Shown: positions 52,510-64,000 of the stretch, piece after piece
How the letters are laid out: the number at the start of each line of letters is the position of its first letter
How positions within the stretch are numbered: the first letter of the stretch is position 1
Origin: a virus
Virus record (IMG/VR): IMGVR_UViG_3300022562_000333
Span: 1 to 64,000 of that record
Length of the DNA stretch: 64,000 nucleotides
Strand: one strand, 5' to 3'
The notes under the pieces: model-generated
The model's database searches: none
Told to the model about the DNA's origin: nothing
Seen by the model: the letters and a program-made list of their open reading frames with translations, nothing else
Translations under genes and position numbers: made by a program

Positions 52510-54450
52510 CTACCGAATCGGGCAAACGCCTCCTTGGCACTCCTCGGCTTCCATGTCCCCGCCCCGAACGAGCGGGTGGGCGTGGTTGATCTTGCCGTAC
52601 ATGTTTTCGTACACTTCCTGCGAGATTTGCTCGTACGGCGCCTGCTGGTACCCGTGCTTCTTGGGGAGGCAGGACGTGGACTTGAGGAAAGGGACGTACT
52701 CCTTCAGGCACGAGGCCAGCTCGCCCTTTTCTTCTTCGGTGAAGGAAAGGGTCGCACTGACAGCGTTGTCCGCCCACGCATCCTGAACACCCTTCTGGCG
52801 CTCGAATTGCTGGCGGATCGTCTCGTTTTGGACCGTGATCCCCGTGTTGGAGGACTTCGTTGGGAACGCGAAGACCAACGTGTGCCCCGTCTTGTCGTAG
52901 ATGTCCTCCTCGTAGGGGACACCTGCCTCGATCATGGCTCCAGCCATGGGGTCGTTCTTGGCGATCCTCGTACGACGAATGTAGTAGTCGGCGTACGGGG
53001 CGTGGATGCCGGGGCTTGAGCCGTTGAGGAGCGAGATGGTCCCCGAGGGCTTGACGGTGGTGACCGTGATGGGGGCATTGACGCCAAGTTCCGAGGCGTA
53101 CTTCGTGGCCTCTTCACGACATGAGCCGTACCAGTGTCGAAGCTGGGCTCCGTCCCATTTGAAGTCGCAGAGACCCCCCAAGCCGACGCCAACACGCATG
53201 TTGTTGAAGCCCACCTCGCGGCTTCTGTCATCCGTGAGCGGAGAAAGCCGCTGGCGAAGGCAGTAGCGGGTGATGAGCCGGAACACGGTGTCCGGATCAG
53301 TCGAATCCTCGAACTTGGCCGGGAAGACTTCGGCGAGGTTGCACGCCTCCCGATCGTGGAGGAGTTGCTCCCCGCACGGGTTGACCCCCCTGGCGCCAGG
53401 ATCCGTCTTCCACCCGAGAGGTAGATTCAGGATGCCAGGCTCTCCGAATTCGGAGTTGTCCTCGACGAGAGACCGCCAATCGAACCGCTCGATCTGCTCC
53501 CAAGACCGGAAGGTGATCGAGTTGTTGGACGTGTGCCGGTGGCTCGTGACCTTGTCCCAGTCCTTCTTGGCATCGCGGAACGGCTGGTCGTCGGCATCCC
53601 CGAGCACGATGAGGGCGGAGCGGCGGACGTTGCCGGCCTTGATACAGAGGCCGATGAAGTTGGTGATGTCGAGAGCTTCGACAGAGTTGAGGCGGCGTCC
53701 CGCTGCACCCCGAACGATGTCCCAAGCCGAACGAAGAAGGTTCGTGAGCGGGCCGGGGCCACAAGCAATCCCACCGAAGGTGCGGATCGGAAGCCCACGC
53801 GCCCGGACCTGAGAGACATCGACGATGAGGTCCCGAGCCGTGAAAGCAGCGGTGAGGACCCTACGAAGCGCCTCTACCCAGCCTTCACGGGAGTCGGGGA
53901 CCGTGTAGATGGGAGTCTGCCCGTTGAGGAAGTCCTTTCCGTTGGGGTTGACCTCGGTGATGTCCGGGTGGTTCTCGAAGCACCGAACCGAGAACCTAGC
54001 TCCGGGTTCACGTTGAACGACTGGGAGTGACCCGATGTCGTTGAGCCCGACCCCGACCCCACCTCCGAGCATGAGGCAGTTGGCCGTCCAGCACCAATCG
54101 TCGATGCCGTAGAGGGTCGTATACCAACAGTTGAATCGAGCGTCGGCAGGGATACCCTCGATGCCGCCAGTCCAAAGACCTCGACCTGGAGGGAGCGCCT
54201 GACCCGTCCAGAAAAGATGGAAGAGGAGTTGGGCTTCCTTCTCATCTCGATTGAGCGCGTAGGAGATGTTCGACTCGACGACTCGGCGAACCGTGTCCGT
54301 CCACGTCTCCCGGTCTCGACAATACTTGGTCAAGTATGTCGACCGCGCCAGTAGAGACTGGAACGGATCCCCAGCACGATAGTAGGGGCTGAGGAAGTCC
54401 TTGGTAAACCGAAACGGATTCGGTTGCTGCGTCTTTGAGACGATCATCAT
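52510..54450 (-). CDS. nrdJ: Class II (adenosylcobalamin-dependent) ribonucleotide reductase, monomeric RTPR type
   Basis: PPGRGLW, NC, GGGVG, GNVRRSA, NPCGEQ, CNLAE, TVKPSGT and C-terminal CQGGVCPIR. Confidence 0.94.
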   Translation of the reverse strand: MMIVSKTQQPNPFRFTKDFLSPYYRAGDPFQSLLARSTYLTKYCRDRETWTDTVRRVVESNISYALNRDEKEAQLLFHLFWTGQALPPGRGLWTGGIEGIPADARFNCWYTTLYGIDDWCWTANCLMLGGGVGVGLNDIGSLPVVQREPGARFSVRCFENHPDITEVNPNGKDFLNGQTPIYTVPDSREGWVEALRRVLTAAFTARDLIVDVSQVRARGLPIRTFGGIACGPGPLTNLLRSAWDIVRGAAGRRLNSVEALDITNFIGLCIKAGNVRRSALIVLGDADDQPFRDAKKDWDKVTSHRHTSNNSITFRSWEQIERFDWRSLVEDNSEFGEPGILNLPLGWKTDPGARGVNPCGEQLLHDREACNLAEVFPAKFEDSTDPDTVFRLITRYCLRQRLSPLTDDRSREVGFNNMRVGVGLGGLCDFKWDGAQLRHWYGSCREEATKYASELGVNAPITVTTVKPSGTISLLNGSSPGIHAPYADYYIRRTRIAKNDPMAGAMIEAGVPYEEDIYDKTGHTLVFAFPTKSSNTGITVQNETIRQQFERQKGVQDAWADNAVSATLSFTEEEKGELASCLKEYVPFLKSTSCLPKKHGYQQAPYEQISQEVYENMYGKINHAHPLVRGGDMEAEECQGGVCPIR

Positions 54451-54465
54451 GAGTGCCCAACTCCT

Positions 54466-55449
54466 TCAGCTAGCAAGATCGAGAATCGCCATCTCAACGA
54501 GCGTCCTCTTTGAGCGGCTGGTGCTTTTCAGGTCTACATCTAATTTGCATAGGTTCTGCATCACAGAGGCGAGCTTCCGCTTGCTGTGCTTCCCCGCTTG
54601 CTGGAGAAGGGTCTGTTTGAAACGGTACGGGTGGAACCCAATACGAGAGGCGATCTCGTCATGAGCTACACCTGAGTCGAGTAGGGACCGGGTGACGAAC
54701 AGACGCTCCGCCTGCTTCATCATCGCGTACAAGACGGAGATGGCCGGGTCCTCGGCCACGAACTTGTAGAGCGAGGAGAGGGCGTTCAGAGCCTTCTTGG
54801 TGTTCTTGTCGAAGGCTGCGTCGGCGACGGTCCACTGGTCCACGTTGGAACCGGGGGTCATCACTAGCTTGAGGTGGTCGAGCGTGATCGCGGTACCCGC
54901 AGGTACAATGAGCCGGAGCTTTTGGATCTCACTGGCGAGGCGGTAGAGGTCTCCTCCTCCCGCATGAAACATGATGTTCGCCGTGCGGTAGTCGATCGTG
55001 AGCTTGGCGAGCTTCACCTCTTGCTCGATCCACTTCACGACCTCGTTGTTGGAGTCGAAGGTCTTGAGCTTCTTGCGCTCCAACAAGGTGACCTTGTCCC
55101 CGAGCTTCGACCAGAAGACGAGGGGCTTATCCCCTCGGACCACAAGGGCCAAAACGCACCCGAGATCCTTGGGGCCTTTGCCTTCCAAGTACGCCTTCAT
55201 GGCCTTCTCAGGCTTGAACTTGTGAGCGTTGTCTACGACGACCGCTCTAGGCTTCGTACTGGCGGGATCGTCCAGGTCGACGATCAACGTTGCGCACGTG
55301 GATGCCAGCTCGGCGTCATTGGTGTTCGCTCCATCAAGAACGACCACCGAACGGTTGGGCTGGTCACGGAACGAGTTGAGGTCTCGGTCTAGGAAAAAGC
55401 TCTCTTCCCCATAAGACACAGTGACGGGCGTGGTGAAGCGGTACCCCAT
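54466..55449 (-). CDS. holA: DNA polymerase III delta subunit
   Basis: YGEESFFL, GGDLYRLASEIQKL, HPYR and LCKLDVDLKS; SD GAGGT. Confidence 0.88.
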   Translation of the reverse strand: MGYRFTTPVTVSYGEESFFLDRDLNSFRDQPNRSVVVLDGANTNDAELASTCATLIVDLDDPASTKPRAVVVDNAHKFKPEKAMKAYLEGKGPKDLGCVLALVVRGDKPLVFWSKLGDKVTLLERKKLKTFDSNNEVVKWIEQEVKLAKLTIDYRTANIMFHAGGGDLYRLASEIQKLRLIVPAGTAITLDHLKLVMTPGSNVDQWTVADAAFDKNTKKALNALSSLYKFVAEDPAISVLYAMMKQAERLFVTRSLLDSGVAHDEIASRIGFHPYRFKQTLLQQAGKHSKRKLASVMQNLCKLDVDLKSTSRSKRTLVEMAILDLAS

Positions 55450-55453
55450 GACC

Positions 55454-56404
55454 TCACCCGCCGCAGAACGCGTCTGCCAACGCCGACTTGATTTGAAAGC
55501 CAAGGTTAACGTACGAGGATTCGTTCCGAGACCATACGGTTCTCAGGTTGGACCAAAGACGCTGCCACGTATCATCCTTCACTCGATTTCGCATGGCAGC
55601 TACGTCCTCAAGTACATCCTGGTTGATGGCCCGGTTCGGATCGACGCGCACCACCAGCACGTCATGAACTACGAAACAAAGGAATTTCAGGACGAGATTA
55701 AGCTCTTTCGTCAGCTCATCCAAAGAGGCGAAGGCCGACGATAAGTCCCCGGTTGTGCTGGAATGCAGCAATCCAAGGACCCGATCGCGAAAGAGGATTC
55801 GGTTGGCTCCCCAGTAGCGAGCGGCTCTACCTACCGAACCTTCACCCATACGAGCGTAGACAAGTGCTTTATCGGGGTTCGATTCGTACTTGGAGAGCTG
55901 CTCAAACACGAACGATTCGCTGAGTTTTTGACAACCGACCCGCCCACAGCGCGAGCGAATCGTGGGTAGTACGCGGTCGTAAGACTCGGCGAGCATAAAG
56001 AAGCGAGAGAGGGCGGGGGGCTCCTCAAGCGTCTTGAGGATCGCGTTCGAGGCCGGGGCCGTCATGCGGTCGGCTCCGTCGATGATGAAGAACCGATTTG
56101 GGGCGGACGTGGGGTACGATTGCGACTGCGAGACAACATCCCGAATCGCATCAACACCGATCTCCTTGTCGGCCGGAGCCGTCACCAAGGCCACGTCAGG
56201 GTGAGCTGACTGCTCAACCTGTAGGTACTCCGGGCTATCCTTGCCTCGTTGCCTGGCGACGATCTCTTTGATCGCTGCCATGACGGAGAACTTCCTCCCT
56301 GTACCCTCTTCCCCAACGAAGAGCAGGGGCGAAGTAAGGTGGCCTTCGACCACCCGCCGTAGGTAAGCTACGGCCTGTGTTTGACCTTGAACATCACTCA
56401 GCAC
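55454..56404 (-). CDS. holB: DNA polymerase III delta-prime subunit
   Basis: VQGQ, LLFVGEEGTGR, HPDV, IGVDAIR, IIDGADRMT, NAILKTLEEPP and LPTIRSRC. Confidence 0.93.
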   Translation of the reverse strand: MLSDVQGQTQAVAYLRRVVEGHLTSPLLFVGEEGTGRKFSVMAAIKEIVARQRGKDSPEYLQVEQSAHPDVALVTAPADKEIGVDAIRDVVSQSQSYPTSAPNRFFIIDGADRMTAPASNAILKTLEEPPALSRFFMLAESYDRVLPTIRSRCGRVGCQKLSESFVFEQLSKYESNPDKALVYARMGEGSVGRAARYWGANRILFRDRVLGLLHSSTTGDLSSAFASLDELTKELNLVLKFLCFVVHDVLVVRVDPNRAINQDVLEDVAAMRNRVKDDTWQRLWSNLRTVWSRNESSYVNLGFQIKSALADAFCGG

Positions 56405-56597
56405 GACCCACCGGGGGGAGGAGGTTCGATGCTGGCTTCGGGTCCACGGGCTCCAACACGAGCCGAACGAAGTAGTTCTGCCCGCAGAAGCCGCAGACCA
56501 TGCGGAACACTTCCTGTCCGCTCTGACCTAGAACCCCACCGCACCCCGTTTGGGTACACCGCATCAAACCAGTACGGGGCTCGGGAACGTCGCTCAT
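56394..56597 (-). CDS. Small zinc-ribbon protein (67 aa)
   Basis: CTQTGC ... CGFCG; coupled to its neighbours. Confidence 0.55.
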   Translation of the reverse strand: MSDVPEPRTGLMRCTQTGCGGVLGQSGQEVFRMVCGFCGQNYFVRLVLEPVDPKPASNLLPPVGRAE

Positions 56598-57280
56598 GCG
56601 CGTGCTTTACCCCGAGACTGTAGAAACTTGAGAACGTCCCCGTAGACCGGATCGTTGGCCGCTAGGGTACCGTTGCGGATCGCAACCTCCGTATCCGTCA
56701 GCCACTTGTCGATCGCCTTCGGGCTCCACGACATCTTGAAGTAGGCCATCGTCAAGAACTGCTTGCGGATGGAGTCCTTGCGGGCGAACGAGATGTCCCC
56801 CGTGAGCCAGTAGAGGGTGGCGAGAGACATGGCGTAGCCACGTTGCTCCAACCTCACTCGACCCGGAGACGGCCAAGGGGCAAGGCACAGAAGACCGAGC
56901 CCGAAGGCGATGAGAGACCACCACCCGAAGAAGACAGCGAGCACGACCCCGACGATCACGAACGGTACGAAGAGGACTTGCGGGTAGATGTAGCTGAGCC
57001 TGAAGCCGAGCGGACTAGCCTTCGTGTCCAGCAAGTGGACCCGCTCATGCGCAAGCGTCATAAATGACCGTGTCGGGTCACTCTCGTAACGCTCTTGCGT
57101 GGGAAAGTAGACCTTCGGGTAGAAGGTCGTCGTGTAGGAGGTCATGAAGCCGGGGTTGAACGGCTTCATGATTGCCCCGAGCAGCTTTTGGCTGGACGAC
57201 TTGTCCTTCCACGCGAGCTGGAAGCCCGGAACTATGGCTGCTGTGTCGGCCTCGAAGGCTCTGAGGTCTGTGAGATCCAT
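56594..57280 (-). CDS. Membrane-associated HExxH metallopeptidase-like protein (228 aa)
   Basis: AHERVH, then a hydrophobic hairpin, then LEQRGY (candidate third-ligand Glu). Confidence 0.72.
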   Translation of the reverse strand: MDLTDLRAFEADTAAIVPGFQLAWKDKSSSQKLLGAIMKPFNPGFMTSYTTTFYPKVYFPTQERYESDPTRSFMTLAHERVHLLDTKASPLGFRLSYIYPQVLFVPFVIVGVVLAVFFGWWSLIAFGLGLLCLAPWPSPGRVRLEQRGYAMSLATLYWLTGDISFARKDSIRKQFLTMAYFKMSWSPKAIDKWLTDTEVAIRNGTLAANDPVYGDVLKFLQSRGKARA

Positions 57281-57311
57281 CCCGGCAGTAGGGATGGCCC
57301 CGACAAGGAGA

Positions 57312-57539
57312 TTAGATGTTGACTGACCCCCCTACCCCTAGTGTCCAGGTAAGGTGACACGTCACGCATTGATACAAGCGGTTGTGAGCGGCACCAGCGC
57401 CTTCGGGCGCCCCTCCCGTTGGGATCTCGGTGACCTGCATCGAAGGGCAGTCTTCGTTGCGGCACTTCATGTGGTGAACCTTCGGTTCTTTGGTCTCTGC
57501 CTTCAAACCGGGGGTTGTCCCTTTGGGATCGACGCTCAT
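57312..57539 (-). CDS. Small zinc-ribbon protein (75 aa)
   Basis: CRNEDC ... YQCVTCHLTW (TFIIS-ribbon-like spacing); SD AGGAG. Confidence 0.68.
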   Translation of the reverse strand: MSVDPKGTTPGLKAETKEPKVHHMKCRNEDCPSMQVTEIPTGGAPEGAGAAHNRLYQCVTCHLTWTLGVGGSVNI

Positions 57540-57546
57540 AGCGCTC

Positions 57547-57948
57547 CTAGAGATTGGAGGTGGGGAACTCGGTTGGGAACAGGTTGTTCAACAACGTTTG
57601 GATTCGGTTGTACAGCTCTCGGTTCCAAACGTCCCCAACGGACGCGTTGTTGTGCGTGTTGGGGTGTAGAGGCACCGGCTTGGTTACAGGTACAAGCTCG
57701 GTAGCCAAGGTACCGTCTTTCAGGTAGGGGACGATCTTGGCCCAGTCTTCCGTGCGGACCAAGATGTTGACGTCCCCTCCGTTGTTGTGGATCCTGATGC
57801 AAGGAACCTCACCGACCATAAGCCCTTCGATGAGAGCTTGGTTCTTTGTGACGGCCAGAAGCGCGATAGTGAGCTTGGGGACCTCGTTGCGGGTCATCCG
57901 ATAGGGGTACTGTCCGTTGATCTGTAGGCGGCGTTTGCTCACACCCAA
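57547..57948 (-). CDS. Hypothetical protein (133 aa)
   Basis: Intact ORF downstream of groEL; no GroES signature visible. Confidence 0.6.
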   Translation of the reverse strand: MGVSKRRLQINGQYPYRMTRNEVPKLTIALLAVTKNQALIEGLMVGEVPCIRIHNNGGDVNILVRTEDWAKIVPYLKDGTLATELVPVTKPVPLHPNTHNNASVGDVWNRELYNRIQTLLNNLFPTEFPTSNL

Positions 57949-57967
57949 GACCCCGGATAACTAGATC

Positions 57968-60013
<2,046 letters not shown>

Positions 60014-60030
<17 letters not shown>

Positions 60031-60904
60031 CGCACAGATCCATCATGAGGTCGAACACGGTACCCGAGGCCGGGGCCGCCACCCCCGCCAGGCGAGCGAT
60101 TCTTCGGCGGGCGGTTTCAACATACGGTAGCGTCTGTTCCACCCCAACACCATCACCCCAACCCGCCTGGATGGCTCCGACAATCTCTGACCCAGAACCG
60201 GAAAACGGAACGAGCAGCCGCCCGCACCGCGACGCCGGCAAGATGACTTGAGCGAGGTCACGGCAAAGGATTACTGGTTTGGGGGTAGGGTGCGTAGATT
60301 CAGCTCGCTCCAGAGCCGAAGGCTTCGGGCAATGAATCACGTTGGCCGGGTGCTGATTGCCATCGGTTCGCAGATCCCCAACCCCCCACTTCTCCACGTT
60401 CCGTAGAACCGTGCTTTCCGCAAGGGGGCGGCGGGCGAGGACGACGGGTTCGTGGGTTGGGAGCAACTCGGTTCGGCGGTTTTTGGGGACTCCACCGTCA
60501 TGAACCCAAGGCAATGAGTCGCGAATCTCCCAACCCGCATCCTCAACCCCGGCCGCTAGACGATGTACCGTACGCGGAGAACCAAACGCGATAAGCCAAG
60601 CTCCAGGCTTTACTACCCGGAGAGCTTCTGTCGCCCATTGAGTGACCCAGCCTTGGAAGGCTAGGTTGGACTTGCGCCTAAAAGACTCCCGGTCTTGGGG
60701 GGTTCCCCCTCGACCGTAGCCCTTTATTTTGCCCTTGTTCCCGTAACCTTCTCCGCGAGATTGGTAAGCTCGCTGCCGCCCGAAGTCATCCCACCCTTCG
60801 GTCGAGAGGTTGTAGGGAGGGTCACAAAACACTCCATCAAAGGACTCTGACGGGAGGGTCGGGAGTACCGACTCTACGAGTCCGTGTTCGATGACCCAAG
60901 GCAT
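60014..60904 (-). CDS. Amino (N6-A/N4-C) DNA methyltransferase, beta class
   Basis: CDPPY near the N-terminus, HPTPKP, and PFSGSGS near the C-terminus; ATG at 60904 with SD AAGGT. Confidence 0.9.
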
Positions 60905-61041
60905 GACCTTACCTTGAGGTACACCTGCTGTAGAGAGCGGGGGAGGTCTAGCGGAAGGAGGAGGTCCCGACCCCCAGCGAGTTTCCCCGCCCATCGGTTT
61001 TCAAAACCGCGCCAGCGCCCCGGCTGGTTCCCCTTCCAGAT

Positions 61042-61290
61042 TCAACACCACCCGTCGTGGCGACGGCCATCCACGACGTTGCCATCCTTGTCGTACTCGC
61101 GATGGTCGGACGGTTCCTTGTGTCTCATGCAGCGGACTCGAACAAGAACCAGCTCCGTGGTCTTCGCCTGATTCGCCTTGAGCTTGCGCTCGAAGAAGTG
61201 TCCGTCGTTCCAGCCGGCAGAGGGGGTCTCCGGTTGTACTACGGCTACCCCGCAGATCCCGCACACCCCCGGCCTTGCGCTCATCCCCAA
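61042..61290 (-). CDS. Small Cys/His hypothetical protein (82 aa)
   Basis: CGIC ... CMRH; overlaps the upstream stop. Confidence 0.45.
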   Translation of the reverse strand: MGMSARPGVCGICGVAVVQPETPSAGWNDGHFFERKLKANQAKTTELVLVRVRCMRHKEPSDHREYDKDGNVVDGRRHDGWC

Positions 61291-61856
61291 CTCTCCCCAC
61301 GACGAGCCCTCATGGCGTTCATGAAGAGCTTGCCCTGCTCGATCGCGTCATCCAGAGCCACATGGGTATGCTTGTTCTCCGGGAACCACTCTTTGGGCAT
61401 CTTGCCCTTGGTGGCCTCGCGGAACTCACACCCAAGGTACCCCGCGACGTAGCTCGTGAGGTCACGACCAGAGAAGCCGAACGGGCTCCTAATACCGTAC
61501 TTCACGAGGTACCAGTACAGGAACATGAAGTCGAAGGTCGCCGGGTATCCGATGAACACGGCCTTACCTGGAAGGTCGAGGCACCAACCTTGAAAGTCCC
61601 TCAGCGTAGGCTCTATCGGTCGCGGATCCTTCCGGCACACGACCCAAGCCTCGGGGTTCTTGTCCCAAAACTCGGTCTTGGTCACCGGGTCCATCGACGC
61701 TCCCGGTAGTTCCTCTAGGTTCGCCTGGAAGGTGCCGATGGGTTCGTCTTCACCCAACAAGAAGGCCGCCGCTCCAAAAGAGAGCATCGAGTGAGGGCCG
61801 GGGATGGGACCATCGGCTTCCACATCGACAGACAGGTAAATTTCGGGCTTTTGCAT
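61281..61856 (-). CDS. DEDDh 3'-5' exonuclease (Rv2179c-like exoribonuclease family)
   Basis: SVDVEADGP, ATFDF and HVALDDAIEQ. Confidence 0.88.
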   Translation of the reverse strand: MQKPEIYLSVDVEADGPIPGPHSMLSFGAAAFLLGEDEPIGTFQANLEELPGASMDPVTKTEFWDKNPEAWVVCRKDPRPIEPTLRDFQGWCLDLPGKAVFIGYPATFDFMFLYWYLVKYGIRSPFGFSGRDLTSYVAGYLGCEFREATKGKMPKEWFPENKHTHVALDDAIEQGKLFMNAMRARRGESWG

Positions 61857-61872
61857 TGAGGATACCTACACC

Positions 61873-61907
61873 AAAAGGAAACGGGGCCACCTAAGCAGCC
61901 CCGTTTT
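61873..61907 (-). terminator. Terminator after the VWA gene
   Basis: AAACGGGGC..GCCCCGTTT followed by CCTTTT. Confidence 0.7.
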
Positions 61908-61925
61908 CACTCAGAACGCTAATGA

Positions 61926-63536
61926 TTACCAGCGCTTGCTACGAGACTTCCCGAGCTTCTTCGGCTTGGGTTTATCAGCGGGCGCAGGGGAGGCTTGAAG
62001 CTCGCCCGTTCCGAGAGGAGCCGGCCCGGTGAGTGGCGCAGGACCCATGAGGATGCTGTTGGAGGTAACGGTACCGCCTCCCGTCCAAGACATCCCGGCA
62101 CCGAGGTCCGCAATGCCAGCCCCAACGACGACCCCCACACCCGCGAGGTCGTCGGGCGTAGCTGGGGTCGGAGCGGGGGCCGCTGGATCCGGCGCCACGA
62201 AGTTCTGGACCATGAGATCCTGCTGGGCGTTGGAGACCGAGTAACCATTCGAGCGGAGCACCGACTCGTCGGAAGCCGAGAGCCTGGAGGTACCAGCCCC
62301 TCGTGACATCGCTCGTCGGAGCCCACGGCGGTTACCCTCCGTATGCCGGTAGGACTCAGCATTGAGGTACATGGCGTTGACGTGCCCAGCTACGGCGGCC
62401 ACCCCCACGTGACCTCGATCGGCGATCCCCTTTTGGACGTCGTTGAAGAAGGCTGCCGCTGACACGAAGTCCCCGCGAGAGGCCGCCTGCTCGGCCGCAT
62501 CTTGAGCCCTCGTGAGCTGGGCTCGGGCCACGATCTCGTCAACCTCCTTGGTGGGGGTCTTCTGCTGGTCCCCATCCTTGACGAACTGGATCTTACCCTT
62601 GGCTTCACCCGTCTTGGCGACCAGCTTCCCGTCCGAGTCGATGACTTGGTACCGGAGCTTCACATCTACGGCGTTGACTTGGCGAGGTCCCGGTTGCTTC
62701 GTCTGAGCCATCTTCATGGCCAACACAAGGTTGATGGTCTCCTCGCTCAAGACGTGAGGCACCTTGACCTCCACCTCGCCCGTGACCTCTTCCTCGACGT
62801 CGGCATCCGAGAGGACTTCGACGATCTGGTGCCCGTTGTGCGGTGCGATCTCGACCACGATGTCCTGAGCGTACGTGCTCAAAAGGCCACCCAGCTCCTT
62901 CCCGAAGGCGGCGAGGGCGCTGTCAGGGTCCTCGACGAAGGCGTAGTTGCCCTTGCCCTTGGAGGCGAGGTTTTCAAGGAGGGTTTGCTTGGCGTCCCTT
63001 CCGTACCCGAAGGCCGACATGGACGCCCTTCCGCCTTGCTTCTCGATGAGCGTTTGGAGCCCGGCGTCGTCCGTGACGCCATGCGTCGGGGCTCCGTCCG
63101 TGAACATGATGACGCGGCAGATGGTCGACTCGGGGAGGTCCATCTCGTTCGCCACCTGGAAGCCGAGAAGCATACCCCCGGAGAAGTTGGTCGACCCTTC
63201 CGTGTGGTACTTGTGGACGATCGCCCGGAGAGCGTCCTTGTTCTCCGAGGTCATCGGGACGGGCTTGGCATCCACCCTGGCTTGCGAGGAGAAGCTGACG
63301 AGCCCGAGGTAGTCCTCTGCGGACAGGTGCTCGATGAGCTTCAGGATGCTCTGCTTCGCGTAGTCGAGCTTCGCCCCCTGCATCGACCCCGAGATGTCGA
63401 GGACAGGAACGACGCAGATCGGAGGGCGTTTCGCCTGCCAATCGCTCTTAGGGGCCGTGAGACTCACCACGAGGTGGAGGTCGGTATCCTGGTCGTGGCG
63501 GACGGATTCGTAGGTAAATTGAGCCTTCAGTTCCAT
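61926..63536 (-). CDS. von Willebrand factor A domain protein (536 aa)
   Basis: MIDAS DISGSM, GSTN, FTDG, FGYG and GKGNYAFV. Confidence 0.92.
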   Translation of the reverse strand: MELKAQFTYESVRHDQDTDLHLVVSLTAPKSDWQAKRPPICVVPVLDISGSMQGAKLDYAKQSILKLIEHLSAEDYLGLVSFSSQARVDAKPVPMTSENKDALRAIVHKYHTEGSTNFSGGMLLGFQVANEMDLPESTICRVIMFTDGAPTHGVTDDAGLQTLIEKQGGRASMSAFGYGRDAKQTLLENLASKGKGNYAFVEDPDSALAAFGKELGGLLSTYAQDIVVEIAPHNGHQIVEVLSDADVEEEVTGEVEVKVPHVLSEETINLVLAMKMAQTKQPGPRQVNAVDVKLRYQVIDSDGKLVAKTGEAKGKIQFVKDGDQQKTPTKEVDEIVARAQLTRAQDAAEQAASRGDFVSAAAFFNDVQKGIADRGHVGVAAVAGHVNAMYLNAESYRHTEGNRRGLRRAMSRGAGTSRLSASDESVLRSNGYSVSNAQQDLMVQNFVAPDPAAPAPTPATPDDLAGVGVVVGAGIADLGAGMSWTGGGTVTSNSILMGPAPLTGPAPLGTGELQASPAPADKPKPKKLGKSRSKRW

Positions 63537-63711
63537 GGTTCTCACCAAAATCGTGAACGTGGACGCCAAGTCGCGGAGGTTGGACGACCTCCCAAAACCC
63601 GACAGATTTCCGTTACGTCCGCGACTTCGCCCAAACCAAATGGTGCGGCTCCGTCAAAGAGACCCAAGCCGAAGCGCGGTCCCGGATACACATCATACAC
63701 CAAATGACGAC

Positions 63712-63742
63712 GAGGCCCCCGCTCTTTTTGAGCGGGGGCCTC
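63712..63742. terminator. Perfect 13-bp hairpin after the HNH gene
   Basis: GAGGCCCCCGCTC-TTTTT-GAGCGGGGGCCTC; the U-tract is weak. Confidence 0.55.
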
Positions 63743-63776
63743 ACCGGGGCCAGTAGGTCTCCCTTTCAGGAGTCGG

Positions 63777-64000
63777 TTACGCCGCCGTAGCCCCGACGAT
63801 GTAGAACCCATCGCCGTGGGGATGCGCTTTCGAGAGGTCCAGGTACGGACCCCACGCCTCCGGGATCTTCCCAGCGTCAATGAAGACCGGGTGAAGGGGG
63901 AGGGAATGCGGCTTGGCTGGCTTGCGGAGTAGCTTCATGCCCGCCTGCTCCGGCGTGCGTCCGCCCTTTCGGTCGTTGCACGGGTAGCAGGAGGTCACGA
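63777..64000 (-). CDS. HNH endonuclease, C-terminal fragment (5' end outside the window)
   Basis: VTSCYPCNDRKGGRTPEQAGMKLL is the typical tail of McrA-like HNH proteins. Confidence 0.85.
   Translation of the reverse strand, partial: VTSCYPCNDRKGGRTPEQAGMKLLRKPAKPHSLPLHPVFIDAGKIPEAWGPYLDLSKAHPHGDGFYIVGATAA

Noticed and set aside
57547-57948. GroES candidate beside groEL
   Set aside because: No PLxDRV, mobile-loop GGI or VGDxV pattern is visible.

Overview
This is a 64 kb segment of a large tailed dsDNA phage genome (Caudoviricetes, jumbo-type gene content, roughly 60% GC by eye). Essentially every credible gene is on the minus strand, and the long plus-strand ORFs are antisense shadows. In the direction of transcription (right to left) the order is as follows. 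Accessory genes come first: HNH, VWA, DEDDh exonuclease, DNA MTase and GroEL. A replication/recombination block follows: HolB, HolA, class II RNR, LigA, RecD2, putative SSB, RuvC-like, RecA, split SbcC plus SbcD, RecB/Cas4-like nuclease, beta-clamp, primase and DnaX. At the junction sit a NusG-5'-3' exonuclease fusion and a tandem sigma-region-4 protein. The head module has inner-head/core proteins, TerS/TerL, topoisomerase IB, portal, HK97-type prohead protease, Q-rich scaffold, decoration protein and major capsid protein. A free-standing LAGLIDADG endonuclease, HU and further virion proteins close the window. Four observations stand out. (1) A shared R-[VI]-[AV]-A-R-[FY] peptide sits near the start of several unrelated head-region proteins, including topoisomerase IB, alongside abundant K/R-x-A sites; this suggests a capsid-targeting plus protease-processing system for injected cargo. 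(2) A NusG-flap nuclease fusion with a clamp-binding-like tail lies next to a sigma4-sigma4 protein at the replication/late boundary. (3) Two distinct candidate promoter motifs partition between gene classes. (4) A truncated capsid-protein paralog sits in the replication cluster. All functional calls come from motif recognition by eye; no searches were run.
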